From IMG/VR virus record IMGVR_UViG_3300009784_000001, positions 1 through 54,417 of that record: 54,417 nt of DNA, one strand, 5' to 3'. Source of the DNA: a virus (taxonomy: Duplodnaviria > Heunggongvirae > Uroviricota > Caudoviricetes). Below, piece after piece: positions 1 through 9,368 of this stretch. The notes beneath the pieces were generated by a model. That model was not told the DNA's origin, did not search any database, and saw only the letters and a program-made list of their open reading frames with translations. Within the stretch, counting starts at the first letter, position 1; each line of letters opens with the position of its first letter. A program made the translations under genes and the position numbers.

Positions 1-59
1 CGAGTTATCGGTATACGTATGCGTCTGCGTTTGCGGGTTGCGCCTCTCGCCTACACTTG
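1..59 (+). repeat. DGR variable region VR1 (partial)
   Basis: Aligns to TR 204-256 with a 6-nt insertion; every substitution is at a TR adenine. Confidence 0.9.
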
Positions 60-137
60 CCCACAGAATGGGCTGTGAAATATGTTTATAATATAAATCA
101 AGAGTTCTTTGGTTATTGGAAAGAATATATGCGTTAA
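1..137 (+). CDS. 3' end of DGR target gene 1 (partial, cut by window start)
   Basis: Frame from nt 3 reads SYRYTYASAFAGCASRLHLPTEWAVKYVYNINQEFFGYWKEYMR*, homologous to the C-terminus of ORF 14094..14552 (AGCASRLYLP...WKEYML). Not in the ORF track. Confidence 0.85.
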   Translation, partial: SYRYTYASAFAGCASRLHLPTEWAVKYVYNINQEFFGYWKEYMR

Positions 138-166
138 ATTAAAAAGGTTGTTTGTTTTTATAGAGG

Positions 167-256
167 TGGTTTTATCTGGATTCTCCTTTTCAGTTCAATG
201 ATACGAATTATCAGAATACGAATACGAATGCAGGTTGCACCTCTCACCTAAAATTG
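167..256 (+). ncRNA. DGR template region (TR)
   Basis: Intergenic, rich in AAT/ACG triplets, directly upstream of the RT; 74/90 identical to 14394-14483 with all 16 mismatches at TR adenines. Confidence 0.95.
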
Positions 257-285
257 TTTAAGAGATTAAAATAAAGACAAAGACC

Positions 286-299
286 TTACCTCTTGGTAA
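286..299 (+). other. Hairpin in the TR-RT spacer (candidate DGR RNA structural element)
   Basis: ttacc-tctt-ggtaa stem-loop 30 nt downstream of TR; function inferred only from position. Confidence 0.45.
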
Positions 300-374
300 A
301 AAATAGCTTTTTTTGATTATGGAGTATTGGTAAATTTTATATTGAAGATTCTCTAAAAATGCAAGTGTAAATCT

Positions 375-1661
375 ATGAAAAGAGTAAATAATTTATTTAA
401 TAAAATTGTTGAAGAAGAAAATATTTACAAGGCTTATGAAAGAGCTAAAAAGCATAAAAGTAATAGAAAAGAAATAAAAATCTTTGAAAAGAATTTACAT
501 CTTAATTTAACAGAAATAAAAGATGAATTAACACATGGTGAATATAAAACATCTAAATATCATATTTTTACTCTATATGATCCAAAAGAAAGAGTAATTT
601 ATAAATTACCTTTTAAAGATAGAATAGTTCATCATGCAATAATGAATGTATTAGAAAAGGTATGGCTTTCTGTATTTATTTCTAATACATTTTCTTGTAT
701 AAAGGGCAGAGGAATTCATGCTTTAGTATATAAATTGAAAGATGATTTAAAAAATAATATAGAAGAAACTACATATTGCCTTAAATTTGATATTAAAAAG
801 TTCTATCCAAGTGTTAATCATGATATACTTAAATCCATTATTAAAAAGAAAATAAAAGATAAAAGAGTATTGAGTTTATTAGATGAAATTATTAATTCTG
901 CACCAGGTTTACCTATTGGAAATTATTTATCACAATATTTAGCTAATCTTTATTTGAGTTATTTTGATCACTGGCTGAAAGAAACAAAAAAAGTAAAGTA
1001 TTATTATAGATATGCAGATGATCTTGTAATATTACATAAAGATAAAAAATATTTACATGACTTGTTAAGTGATATTAAAGAATATTTGGCTGATAATTTA
1101 TTGCTTGAAGTTAAGCATAATTACCAGATATTTCCAGTAGAAAAAAGAGGGATAGATTTTGTAGGATATGTTTTTTATCATACTCATTTACTTTTGAGGA
1201 AAAGAATAAAGAAAAATTTTTGTAGAAAAGTAAGTAAATTAAATAAAAAAGATATATCTTTGAAACAATATAAACAAAAAATTTGTTCTTGGTTTGGATG
1301 GCTGAACCATTGTAACTCTAACAATTTAATAAAAAAAACTCTTATGAATAAATTTGCAGATTTTAATATTTCAGTGAATGATAAGACAATATTTAATGTA
1401 CCAAAAGTATCTATTACTGATTTAGTTAATAAAGAAATTGAAATATTGGATTATCAATCAAATATAACTACTTCACAAGGAAATGGAAGATATATTGTAA
1501 AGATTAAAAATGGTAATGTACAACAGAAATTCTTTACCAATGCTTCTCCCTTAAAAGATGCTTTGAAACAAGTTAAAAAAGAACAATTTCCATTTACTAC
1601 TACTATAAAGAATAAATCTTATGATGAAAATGGAAATAAAAAAACTTATTTTTTTACTTAA
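375..1661 (+). CDS. DGR reverse transcriptase with extra C-terminal domain
   Basis: Motifs LPFKDRIVHHAI, KGRGIH, CLKFDIKKFYPS, GLPIGNYLSQ, YYRYADD; adjacent TR; residues ~324-428 lie beyond the RT core. Confidence 0.95.
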   Translation: MKRVNNLFNKIVEEENIYKAYERAKKHKSNRKEIKIFEKNLHLNLTEIKDELTHGEYKTSKYHIFTLYDPKERVIYKLPFKDRIVHHAIMNVLEKVWLSVFISNTFSCIKGRGIHALVYKLKDDLKNNIEETTYCLKFDIKKFYPSVNHDILKSIIKKKIKDKRVLSLLDEIINSAPGLPIGNYLSQYLANLYLSYFDHWLKETKKVKYYYRYADDLVILHKDKKYLHDLLSDIKEYLADNLLLEVKHNYQIFPVEKRGIDFVGYVFYHTHLLLRKRIKKNFCRKVSKLNKKDISLKQYKQKICSWFGWLNHCNSNNLIKKTLMNKFADFNISVNDKTIFNVPKVSITDLVNKEIEILDYQSNITTSQGNGRYIVKIKNGNVQQKFFTNASPLKDALKQVKKEQFPFTTTIKNKSYDENGNKKTYFFT

Positions 1662-1666
1662 ATCAT

Positions 1667-2071
1667 ATGAAAATAGTTAAACCAGAAGATATTTTAAAGA
1701 AAAAAAATGAGTCTTTAAAATTTAAAAAAGAAGTAGAAAAGTTAACAGAAAAAATTAATGAAAAGATAGAAACTTATTCTAGTCTTTTATGTGATTATGG
1801 AAAATTATATTTTGAAATGGATAATAATAATTTTTGTTTTTATTCAGAAAATGTTATTAAAAACGTTCAATCTTTATTTAGAGAAGCTGGATGGAATTTT
1901 TCATATAAAATGAATAAACATGAAGAATTATTACAAAATAGTTTAACTCATAAAGAAAGCTGGGGCGTAGTAACTCCACAAACAAAAATAATAAATACTA
2001 TTGAATTTACTATTGAATCTGATTTATTAAAAAGTTCAACATTTCCACAATATATAGGAGAAGAGCAATGA
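1667..2071 (+). CDS. hypothetical protein
   Basis: ORF tightly packed after the RT. Confidence 0.7.
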   Translation: MKIVKPEDILKKKNESLKFKKEVEKLTEKINEKIETYSSLLCDYGKLYFEMDNNNFCFYSENVIKNVQSLFREAGWNFSYKMNKHEELLQNSLTHKESWGVVTPQTKIINTIEFTIESDLLKSSTFPQYIGEEQ

Positions 2072-2583
2072 AAACAAGTGATGAATTGAAATATAAAAAT
2101 TATAATGTAGGAGTAATTGTGGGAAGATTTCAAGTTCCTGAATTACATAAAATGCACAAAGATTTAATTCGATCAGTTTTAGATAGACATGAAAAAGTTT
2201 ATATATTTCTTGGAATACCAAAAAATAATGAATTAACTGTTTCAAATCCTTTACCATTTGATGCAAGGCAGGAAATGATTGTTACTGAATTTCCTGATGT
2301 AAAAGTATTATTCATAAAAGATAAAGAAAGTAATCAGGAATGGGTAAATAATTTGGATGATCAAATTCAAAGTATTACTACTTCTTTTGATAAAGTTACA
2401 GTATATGGAAGTAGAGATAGCTTTCTTAATACTTATTTTGAATGTAAAGGAATATATCCATCTACTGAATTAATTTCTACTGAAAGATTATCTGGCACTG
2501 AATGTAGACATGATATAGCTCGAAAAACAATTAATTCAGTTGATTTTAGAAAAGGGATAATTTATGCGATTTTGAATAAATGA
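2068..2583 (+). CDS. NadM-like cytidylyltransferase-family protein (putative NMN adenylyltransferase)
   Basis: GVIVGRFQ..LHKMH (HxGH-like), NPLPF, YGSRDSF, SGTECR; no Nudix domain follows. Confidence 0.75.
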   Translation: MKTSDELKYKNYNVGVIVGRFQVPELHKMHKDLIRSVLDRHEKVYIFLGIPKNNELTVSNPLPFDARQEMIVTEFPDVKVLFIKDKESNQEWVNNLDDQIQSITTSFDKVTVYGSRDSFLNTYFECKGIYPSTELISTERLSGTECRHDIARKTINSVDFRKGIIYAILNK

Positions 2584-2813
2584 AAATAATAAGAGATAAT
2601 ATAAATGATGATTGCCCATCCAATGATTTTGAGATTGGAGAGCCTAATGGAAATTGTATGGGTGATGGACATTATATGTGTGATGAATGTAAACATTTCA
2701 GGAACGATTTTCATAAAGATAAAGAATTTAGGGAAGCAGTTATGTCTCCTAAAATGTTTTATTTCAAAACTTATGATATTGAAAACAACACAATATTTGT
2801 AAATTCATTTTGA
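2580..2813 (+). CDS. small Cys-rich hypothetical protein
   Basis: CPSNDF...CMGDGHYMCDECKH, probable metal-binding. Confidence 0.65.
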   Translation: MKIIRDNINDDCPSNDFEIGEPNGNCMGDGHYMCDECKHFRNDFHKDKEFREAVMSPKMFYFKTYDIENNTIFVNSF

Positions 2814-2839
2814 AAAAACTATTTTTTAATATATATTTG
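2809..2839 (+). promoter_or_regulatory. Bacteroidota-type -33/-7 promoter
   Basis: TTTG 2809-12, 19-nt spacer, TAtaTTTG 2832-39; ATG at 2844. Confidence 0.65.
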
Positions 2840-2843
2840 TATT

Positions 2844-3242
2844 ATGGAAGATAAGAAAATGGATAAAGTAGTGATTGGAACATGGGAAGATTTTTTTCGT
2901 TGTATTTTTCAATCAAAAAAAATAGGAAATTATAAAACTTATCAATCTTTATTGAAATATTGTTTCAAAGATAATGTAGTAAAATATTATAATTTAGAAT
3001 ATTATATAAAGTATTTTCGTAGAGTTAAATTCATTTATAGCACTTATAGTTCAGTATTTGATTTTGTTATATATGAAGATTCTTATTGTAAAAATGAATA
3101 TTTGGAAATAAATCACTTCAAGAAAATAGGAAAAAATGTAAGAGAAAGAATTGAAAGAACTGTTGAAAAAGAAAAGATTATTGAAAATAATCCTATATTA
3201 AATAAAAGTTATTTTGATGATATAAAAAATATAAAATTTTAG
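2844..3242 (+). CDS. hypothetical protein
   Basis: ORF directly after promoter. Confidence 0.7.
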   Translation: MEDKKMDKVVIGTWEDFFRCIFQSKKIGNYKTYQSLLKYCFKDNVVKYYNLEYYIKYFRRVKFIYSTYSSVFDFVIYEDSYCKNEYLEINHFKKIGKNVRERIERTVEKEKIIENNPILNKSYFDDIKNIKF

Positions 3243-3245
3243 AAT

Positions 3246-3653
3246 ATGGAAGATAAAAGTAAAGAAGCAAAAAAGTATGAATTAACTATTAAAAAGTTAA
3301 GAGGAATTTTAAAATCGGATAATGTTAGTTTACCAACAAAAGTTCCTGCAAATGAATTGCAAACATTAGTAGAAGAATTATTTAAGGAAGAAAATGAAAA
3401 CAATGTAAAATTGTTAAAAGAACAATTGAGAGAACTATTGAAGAAACATGTTCAGATGGAAAGTGGAATTAAAGAGAAAGAAAAAGAATTGGCTAAATTA
3501 AAAAAAGAAAAACAAGCCGAATTTGTTAAGGCATCAGAAGAATTATTTAATAAAATATCTGATATTGACAGTCTTACTTCTCAATATGGTGAATCTCTTA
3601 AAAGTGCTATGGGAGAGGATACTGAGGAAGATATAGAAGTAGATGCGGAATAA
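3246..3653 (+). CDS. coiled-coil hypothetical protein
   Basis: E/K/L-rich heptad pattern, acidic tail. Confidence 0.7.
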   Translation: MEDKSKEAKKYELTIKKLRGILKSDNVSLPTKVPANELQTLVEELFKEENENNVKLLKEQLRELLKKHVQMESGIKEKEKELAKLKKEKQAEFVKASEELFNKISDIDSLTSQYGESLKSAMGEDTEEDIEVDAE

Positions 3654-3673
3654 TCCATGTTTGTTTATTGTTG

Positions 3674-3710
3674 AAGAACATTTCTTGAAAAGGGGATGTT
3701 CTTTTTTTTT
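3674..3710 (+). terminator. intrinsic terminator
   Basis: aagaacat...atgttctt stem followed by a T-run. Confidence 0.6.
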
Positions 3711-3718
3711 AATGTTAT

Positions 3719-3764
3719 TTAACACTTTATATATTTGATAATTGAAATATTTTTTGTATCTTTG
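3719..3764 (+). promoter_or_regulatory. promoter with upstream TTAAC element
   Basis: TTAAC 3719-23, TTTG 3734-37, 19 nt, TAtcTTTG 3757-64. Confidence 0.75.
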
Positions 3765-3768
3765 TAGT

Positions 3769-4911
3769 ATGTTAGAAAATATAATAAATAAAGAAACTTT
3801 TGAAGTTAATTGGAATTTGGTTGAACAACTTCCAGATTTTGTTTTACTTAAAAAAGGTGGCTATCATGCTGATTGGCATGGTGAAGGAAATTCTTATATT
3901 CATACGCAAAATGTAGTAAATGCTGCTTATACTTTACCTGAATGGAATGAATTAGTTAATAGAGAAAAGTATATTTTAATATGTGCTTGTTTATTTCATG
4001 ATATTGGTAAAGGAGTTTGTAATACAATGAAAGAAGATGGTAATTGGTCAGCTCCTCATCATGCAAAAACAGGAGAAAAAATAGCAAGATATTTGTTATG
4101 GGATGAACCTTTTGAATTAAGAGAAATGATTTGTTCTTTGATAAAATATCATATGAAATTTACTTATTTAATTGAAAAGGAAGCAAGTGAGATTGATAGA
4201 ACTGTTGTTGAAATTTCATTAAATTCCAATGTTAAATTACTTTATTTATTAAATAAATGCGATAGTTTAGGGGCAATTTCTATTGATAGAGAAGATACAT
4301 TAATCAAAAAGGAATTATTGAAAGAAAGAGCAATTGCATTACATTGTTTTGATGAACCATTTGAATTTCATAATGATATAAGTAAGTTTCATTATTTCAA
4401 TAGTAATGAAAATAATTCTTCCCCATATCTTCAATTATTTGATGATACAAAATTTGATATTTATATAATGTCAGGAATTGCAGGTAGTGGAAAAAGTTAT
4501 TACTTAAAAAACAATTTATCTTCTTTGCCTATTATTTCAAGAGATATAATTAGACAAGAACTTGGTTTTGTAGATGCTAATGGTAAATTCAAAGGCGATA
4601 AACAACAAGAAAGTAAAGTAACTGAAATAGAAGAAGAAAAAATAAAGGAATGTTGTAGAAATAAACAATCCTTTGTATATGATAATATGTCAATTAAAAA
4701 GATGTGGAGAGATAAATTTATTAATCTTGTTCTTCCTTATAATCTTAAAATTCATATTGTGTATGTTGAAACTTCTAAAGAAAATAACATTATGAGAAGA
4801 AAAGGACAGATTGCAAAAGATGCTATTATTAAGATGCAAAGGGATTTAGAGATGCCTCATTTAACTGATTGTCATAAAATTATTTATTCTTTAAATGATA
4901 GAAAAATATGA
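3769..4911 (+). CDS. HD-domain / P-loop kinase fusion (polynucleotide kinase-phosphatase-like)
   Basis: HADWHGEG..YIHT, CLFHDIGK (HD), then GIAGSGKS Walker A and SRDIIR. Start moved from 3742 to ATG 3769 because the promoter overlaps 3742-3764. Confidence 0.8.
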   Translation: MLENIINKETFEVNWNLVEQLPDFVLLKKGGYHADWHGEGNSYIHTQNVVNAAYTLPEWNELVNREKYILICACLFHDIGKGVCNTMKEDGNWSAPHHAKTGEKIARYLLWDEPFELREMICSLIKYHMKFTYLIEKEASEIDRTVVEISLNSNVKLLYLLNKCDSLGAISIDREDTLIKKELLKERAIALHCFDEPFEFHNDISKFHYFNSNENNSSPYLQLFDDTKFDIYIMSGIAGSGKSYYLKNNLSSLPIISRDIIRQELGFVDANGKFKGDKQQESKVTEIEEEKIKECCRNKQSFVYDNMSIKKMWRDKFINLVLPYNLKIHIVYVETSKENNIMRRKGQIAKDAIIKMQRDLEMPHLTDCHKIIYSLNDRKI

Positions 4912-5156
4912 AAATATTATTTAGTAGAGTTGATGCAGATGAATGTTATGAAGTAGAAGATATGAAGTTTTTACCTCAAAAGGGAAACTTCATCTTCTTT
5001 GATGCTATTTGTTATAAAATAATTAATACAAAATTTGTTATAGAAGACAATGTTAATACTGATGTAGTAATTTATATGGAACTAACTACACAAAAACATT
5101 ATATGAAAAAAATTGGATTTTTAAAATCTATAAAAATAAGAAAAAATGGTAAATAA
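4908..5156 (+). CDS. hypothetical protein
   Basis: Overlapping start/stop with neighbours. Confidence 0.65.
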   Translation: MKILFSRVDADECYEVEDMKFLPQKGNFIFFDAICYKIINTKFVIEDNVNTDVVIYMELTTQKHYMKKIGFLKSIKIRKNGK

Positions 5157-5403
5157 CATTTTTTATGATGAAATAGCTGATACCATTCTTGATATTTTGA
5201 TAGGATATGATGTTGATAATATTCAATATAAAGAACATGTTGCATATACTAAAAAATTTATGCAATATGTTCCTGTTGAACTTGAAAATGAAATAAAAGA
5301 AACATTTATAGAAAATGGAAAAAATCTATGTAGTGGAAGTTATAATGCTTTATACAAATATTATAGAAATAAAATAAATGATTTAATAAAAGACAAATTA
5401 TGA
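5146..5403 (+). CDS. hypothetical protein
   Basis: Overlapping start/stop with neighbours. Confidence 0.65.
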   Translation: MVNNIFYDEIADTILDILIGYDVDNIQYKEHVAYTKKFMQYVPVELENEIKETFIENGKNLCSGSYNALYKYYRNKINDLIKDKL

Positions 5404-5813
5404 AGAATAAAAATATATTAAAAGAAGAACAATTATTTGAAAAAATAATTCCATATTGTTCAGAGAATTTTGTAACAATTCCTTTGTGGGAAGAAGGGGA
5501 TCTACGTCCAAATTTGAATATATGGCAAGTTCCACAAGGTAATACTCCTTCTGATTGTTATAATTCTTACAATAAAATTATCAATTCAATATATGAATTT
5601 TTTGTGGATACTGGATTTGATTATGAAATAGAGGATGATTTTTCTTTTGAAGATAGATTATTGCCTTGCAATATGAAGAATAGTTTCAATATTAAAATAT
5701 ATCAAATAGGTTATATTTTGGATGAAGATATAATACCAAATTATTCGATAATTGAATTAATGAAAATTGCAGTAGATTTATTAGATTATTTGAAAAGTGA
5801 AGATAGAAAATAA
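5400..5813 (+). CDS. hypothetical protein
   Basis: Overlapping start/stop with neighbours. Confidence 0.65.
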   Translation: MKNKNILKEEQLFEKIIPYCSENFVTIPLWEEGDLRPNLNIWQVPQGNTPSDCYNSYNKIINSIYEFFVDTGFDYEIEDDFSFEDRLLPCNMKNSFNIKIYQIGYILDEDIIPNYSIIELMKIAVDLLDYLKSEDRK

Positions 5814-6615
5814 TAAATATTATACACCTGATGAAGTTGCTCAACAATGTATTGAATGGGTATATGACTATATTGATGGGAATGATATAACTGAATGGGT
5901 TGAACCTGCTGCTGGAAGTGGTTCTTTCTCTAAAAAGATTATAGGCTGTAAAGCATATGATATTGAACCAGAAGATTCATCTATTATTAAACAGGATTAT
6001 TTAACATTAGAAGAAACTTATAAAAAAGGAAGAATATATATTGGCAATCCACCATTTGGAAATAGGAATTCATTATCATTAAAATTCTTGAAAAAGAATA
6101 TGTTTTATGGGGATTATATTGCTTATATTCAACCAATATTATCATTGGGCGGTTCTTTACAATTTTATGAATTTGATTTAGTATTTTCAAGAGATTTAGG
6201 AATAATTAATTTTAGTGGAGTTAAATTACATTGCTGTTACAACATCTGGCAAAGAAGAAAGGATGGATTATTAAATAAAAAACCTAATCATAAATTAAAT
6301 TCTGTCATAATTAAGGAATATAGAAGAAACAAGAAAAATGATAATGATCATTTTTGTTATAATGTTAATTCTATTGATAAGAATTATGATTATGCAATGT
6401 GTAATTGGGGAAGTGGCACATTGGGAAAAGTTCCAGAATATGTGGGGCAATATGCACAAGAAGTTTATTTTTATCTTAAAGATAAATCAAAGTTACCATT
6501 ATTAAAACAGTTATTAGAATATAATACAATCCGAAGTTATTGCAAGAATATTTCAATGAAAAGATTATGTGTTTCCCGCATTTATATATATTTATATAAA
6601 AATGGTTTTATTTAA
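5797..6615 (+). CDS. SAM-dependent amino-DNA methyltransferase-like protein
   Basis: YYTP, WVEPAAGSGSF (motif I), GNPPFG (motif IV). Confidence 0.75.
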   Translation: MKIENNKYYTPDEVAQQCIEWVYDYIDGNDITEWVEPAAGSGSFSKKIIGCKAYDIEPEDSSIIKQDYLTLEETYKKGRIYIGNPPFGNRNSLSLKFLKKNMFYGDYIAYIQPILSLGGSLQFYEFDLVFSRDLGIINFSGVKLHCCYNIWQRRKDGLLNKKPNHKLNSVIIKEYRRNKKNDNDHFCYNVNSIDKNYDYAMCNWGSGTLGKVPEYVGQYAQEVYFYLKDKSKLPLLKQLLEYNTIRSYCKNISMKRLCVSRIYIYLYKNGFI

Positions 6616-7601
6616 TGAAAAAATGTTCTAATTGTAAGAATAATATTGAAGCTAATAATAGTGAAGTAATTAAAATTAATACACGAACTTTTTGTTGTAT
6701 TAAATGTAAAGAAGAATTTTTTAAAAAATGGTCCAAAAAAATTAAAGAAAAAAATTTAGAAAAATATGGAAATGAATGTAGTTGGAAAGCAGATAAGATA
6801 AAAGAAAAAATAAAATATTCTAATTTTAAAAAGTATGGAGTAGAATATTCTAATCAATGTAATAGAGTGATTGAAAAAAGAAAAAAAAGTAATTTAGAAA
6901 AATATGGAGTAGAATATGGATTTCAATCAAAAGTAATAAAAGATAAAATAATAAGCACAAATATTAAAAAAAGAGGGGTGAAAAACCCAATGCAAGATGA
7001 AGAAATAAGGAATATAGTAAAATCTACTTGTTTAAAAAAATATGGTGTTGAAAACCCAATGCAAGATGAAGAAATAAGAAATAAACTTTCTTTAATTATT
7101 GAAGAAAAATATGGTAAGAAATATTATTTTCAAACGGATGAATTTTTGGAATATTGGAAAAAGAATGAAGAAAATATTTTAAAAAAACAATTTGATGCAA
7201 AAAGAAAAAATAATTCTTTTCATATTTCAAAAATAGAAGATAGATGTTATGAATTATTAATTAACAAATTTGGTAAAGAAGATATTGAAAGAAATTATAA
7301 TAAAGATAGAAGATATTTATTTTTATGCGATTTTTATATCAAGTCGTTAGATTTATTTATAGAATGTAATTTTCATTGGACGCATGGAAAAGAACCTTTT
7401 GATGAAAATAATATACAACATCAGGAAATATTAAATATTGCTAAAATAAAATCGTTGAAATCAACATATTGGAAAACTTTCATAGATATTTGGGTAATAA
7501 GAGATAAAATGAAAATAAGAATAGCAAAAGAAAATAATATAAATTATTTAATGTTTTACACATTTAAAGAATTTGAAAATTGGTTTAATAAATTAAAATA
7601 A
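6615..7601 (+). CDS. putative homing-type endonuclease (Zn finger, KKYGV repeats, C-terminal PD-(D/E)XK)
   Basis: CxxC...C-C-C N-terminus, repeated EKYGVEY/KKYGVENPMQ units, CDFYIKSLDLFIECN. Confidence 0.65.
   Translation: MKKCSNCKNNIEANNSEVIKINTRTFCCIKCKEEFFKKWSKKIKEKNLEKYGNECSWKADKIKEKIKYSNFKKYGVEYSNQCNRVIEKRKKSNLEKYGVEYGFQSKVIKDKIISTNIKKRGVKNPMQDEEIRNIVKSTCLKKYGVENPMQDEEIRNKLSLIIEEKYGKKYYFQTDEFLEYWKKNEENILKKQFDAKRKNNSFHISKIEDRCYELLINKFGKEDIERNYNKDRRYLFLCDFYIKSLDLFIECNFHWTHGKEPFDENNIQHQEILNIAKIKSLKSTYWKTFIDIWVIRDKMKIRIAKENNINYLMFYTFKEFENWFNKLK
6982..7078 (+). repeat. 28-bp direct repeat inside CDS (69-bp period)
   Basis: aaaacccaatgcaagatgaagaaataag at 6982-7009 and 7051-7078. Confidence 0.9.
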
Positions 7602-7604
7602 AAG

Positions 7605-8099
7605 ATGAAAAAATTAGTTTTAATAATTGGATTGTTATTAACAGCAATTATGTTTGTAAATGCTCAAACTGGTGATAACATGGTAGCTGGTTGTAAAGGT
7701 GTAACAGCTAATATAAATGGATTGAATGGGCAATTAGGATTTGGAGAAGATAAAACAAGAGATATATCTGTTGGATTCAGTGGCTATTATGTATTAATAG
7801 ATAATATTGCACTTAATGTTGGGGTTAATTTTGATTATAATAATACAAGTAAATTAACATTTAGTCCTTCTATTGGATTGAAAAAACATTGGAAAAATGA
7901 TTTTCTTGCAGCTATTTCTTATGAAGGAATGACTTATAATGGTGATTCTTATAAAAATAGTATTAAACTTGAAGGAGGTTATGATTATTACTTTACTAAA
8001 ACATTTTATCTTGAACCATCAATTTATTATCAGAGGTCTTTAGGAGTAAACAGTATAGATAGAATAGGATTATCAATAGGAATTGGATTTTGCTTATAA
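7605..8099 (+). CDS. outer-membrane beta-barrel protein with signal peptide
   Basis: MKKLVLIIGLLLTAIMFVNA signal peptide, alternating Gly/aromatic strands, terminal IGIGFCL. Confidence 0.7.
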   Translation: MKKLVLIIGLLLTAIMFVNAQTGDNMVAGCKGVTANINGLNGQLGFGEDKTRDISVGFSGYYVLIDNIALNVGVNFDYNNTSKLTFSPSIGLKKHWKNDFLAAISYEGMTYNGDSYKNSIKLEGGYDYYFTKTFYLEPSIYYQRSLGVNSIDRIGLSIGIGFCL

Positions 8100-8701
8100 T
8101 AAAAAACATGGAAGAAGAAAAAATTGTACCAAAAATAGGAGATATATATTATCAGTATTATGAGGGAAAAGGATTAATAAAGTTTGAAATAACTAATATT
8201 AAGGAAGGGAACCTTTATCCCATACGTTTTAAAGCATTAGATCATCCTGAATTTGATTATACATTTGAAACAATGGTTTCTGAATGGAGTTTGAAAGAAA
8301 ATTATTCTAGGGATGAAATAGATGCTTATCGTCAATATTATCAAGAATTAGGTGAAAAACTTAAAGGATATAAAAAAATTGTTGATGATATAAAAAATGA
8401 AAGAAATGCAATATATGAAACTATTCAAAGCATGATTTCATTGGAATTAATAAGAAATGGATGTTTTTTTAGATTTGACAATTTAAATTTCTTTGAAATG
8501 TGTGCTGATAAAGCAAGAGAAGATGCAAAAGATACTATTAAGAATTATATGCACTCATTTCAAGAAGTAACAAAAAGTTTTAGCCCTACTAATGATACAC
8601 AAGAAGAATTTGATACTCTTGTTAAAGAAATATCAGAGAAAGTAGTTAAAGAAGAAAAAATAATTTCTCATGAATATATAATGAGATATGGAAGATTATA
8701 A
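8090..8701 (+). CDS. hypothetical protein
   Basis: Long ORF in operon; start may be 8108. Confidence 0.65.
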   Translation: MLIIKNMEEEKIVPKIGDIYYQYYEGKGLIKFEITNIKEGNLYPIRFKALDHPEFDYTFETMVSEWSLKENYSRDEIDAYRQYYQELGEKLKGYKKIVDDIKNERNAIYETIQSMISLELIRNGCFFRFDNLNFFEMCADKAREDAKDTIKNYMHSFQEVTKSFSPTNDTQEEFDTLVKEISEKVVKEEKIISHEYIMRYGRL

Positions 8702-9368
8702 AACAAAATATCCAAGAACTTATCATTTACCATTTTCGTTAGGATTACAAAATGATGATAAAATGGTAAAGGAAGGATGGGAAAAGTATATAATAGGAGA
8801 GAAAAATGAAATAGTAATTACAGAAAAACTGGATGGGGAAAATGTTGCTATCTCAAAATATGGCGCTTTTAGTAGAAGTCATGCAGCATCAACACTGCAT
8901 CCATGGACAAAGAATATATGGGAACAAAATGGAATTTATGAACAGGTTAAAACTTGGTTAGATGAAGATGTTATGATATATGCTGAAAATTTATATGGGA
9001 TTCATTCAATAGAATATAATAAATTATCTTCTTATATTTTTATGTTTGCATTAAGAGAAAGAGAAATATGGAAATCTTGGGATGATGTCTTAGAAATGAG
9101 TAATATATTAGAATTACCTACTGTTCCTATTTTATATAAAGGAAAAGTTTCTTCTTCAAATGAACTGGAAAATATTATAAATGAAATAATGAAAGGTAAA
9201 TCTGAATATGGTGATACTATTGAAGGAGTAGTTGTTAGAAATATAAATGAATTTCATTATAATGATTTCTCAAAATATGTTGTTAAATATGTAAGAAAAA
9301 ATCATGTTCAAACTGATGAACATTGGAAGAAAAATTGGAAAAGAGCAAAATTAATTTATGAAATCTAA
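8688..9368 (+). CDS. RNA ligase family nucleotidyltransferase
   Basis: KYPRTYHLP, ITEKLDGEN (motif I), EGVVVR, KYVR. Confidence 0.85.
   Translation: MEDYKTKYPRTYHLPFSLGLQNDDKMVKEGWEKYIIGEKNEIVITEKLDGENVAISKYGAFSRSHAASTLHPWTKNIWEQNGIYEQVKTWLDEDVMIYAENLYGIHSIEYNKLSSYIFMFALREREIWKSWDDVLEMSNILELPTVPILYKGKVSSSNELENIINEIMKGKSEYGDTIEGVVVRNINEFHYNDFSKYVVKYVRKNHVQTDEHWKKNWKRAKLIYEI

Noticed and set aside
375-1661. Group II intron or retron interpretation of the RT
   Set aside because: The TR/VR pairs with adenine-only mismatches define a DGR; no interrupted host gene or intron domain V-like sequence was seen.
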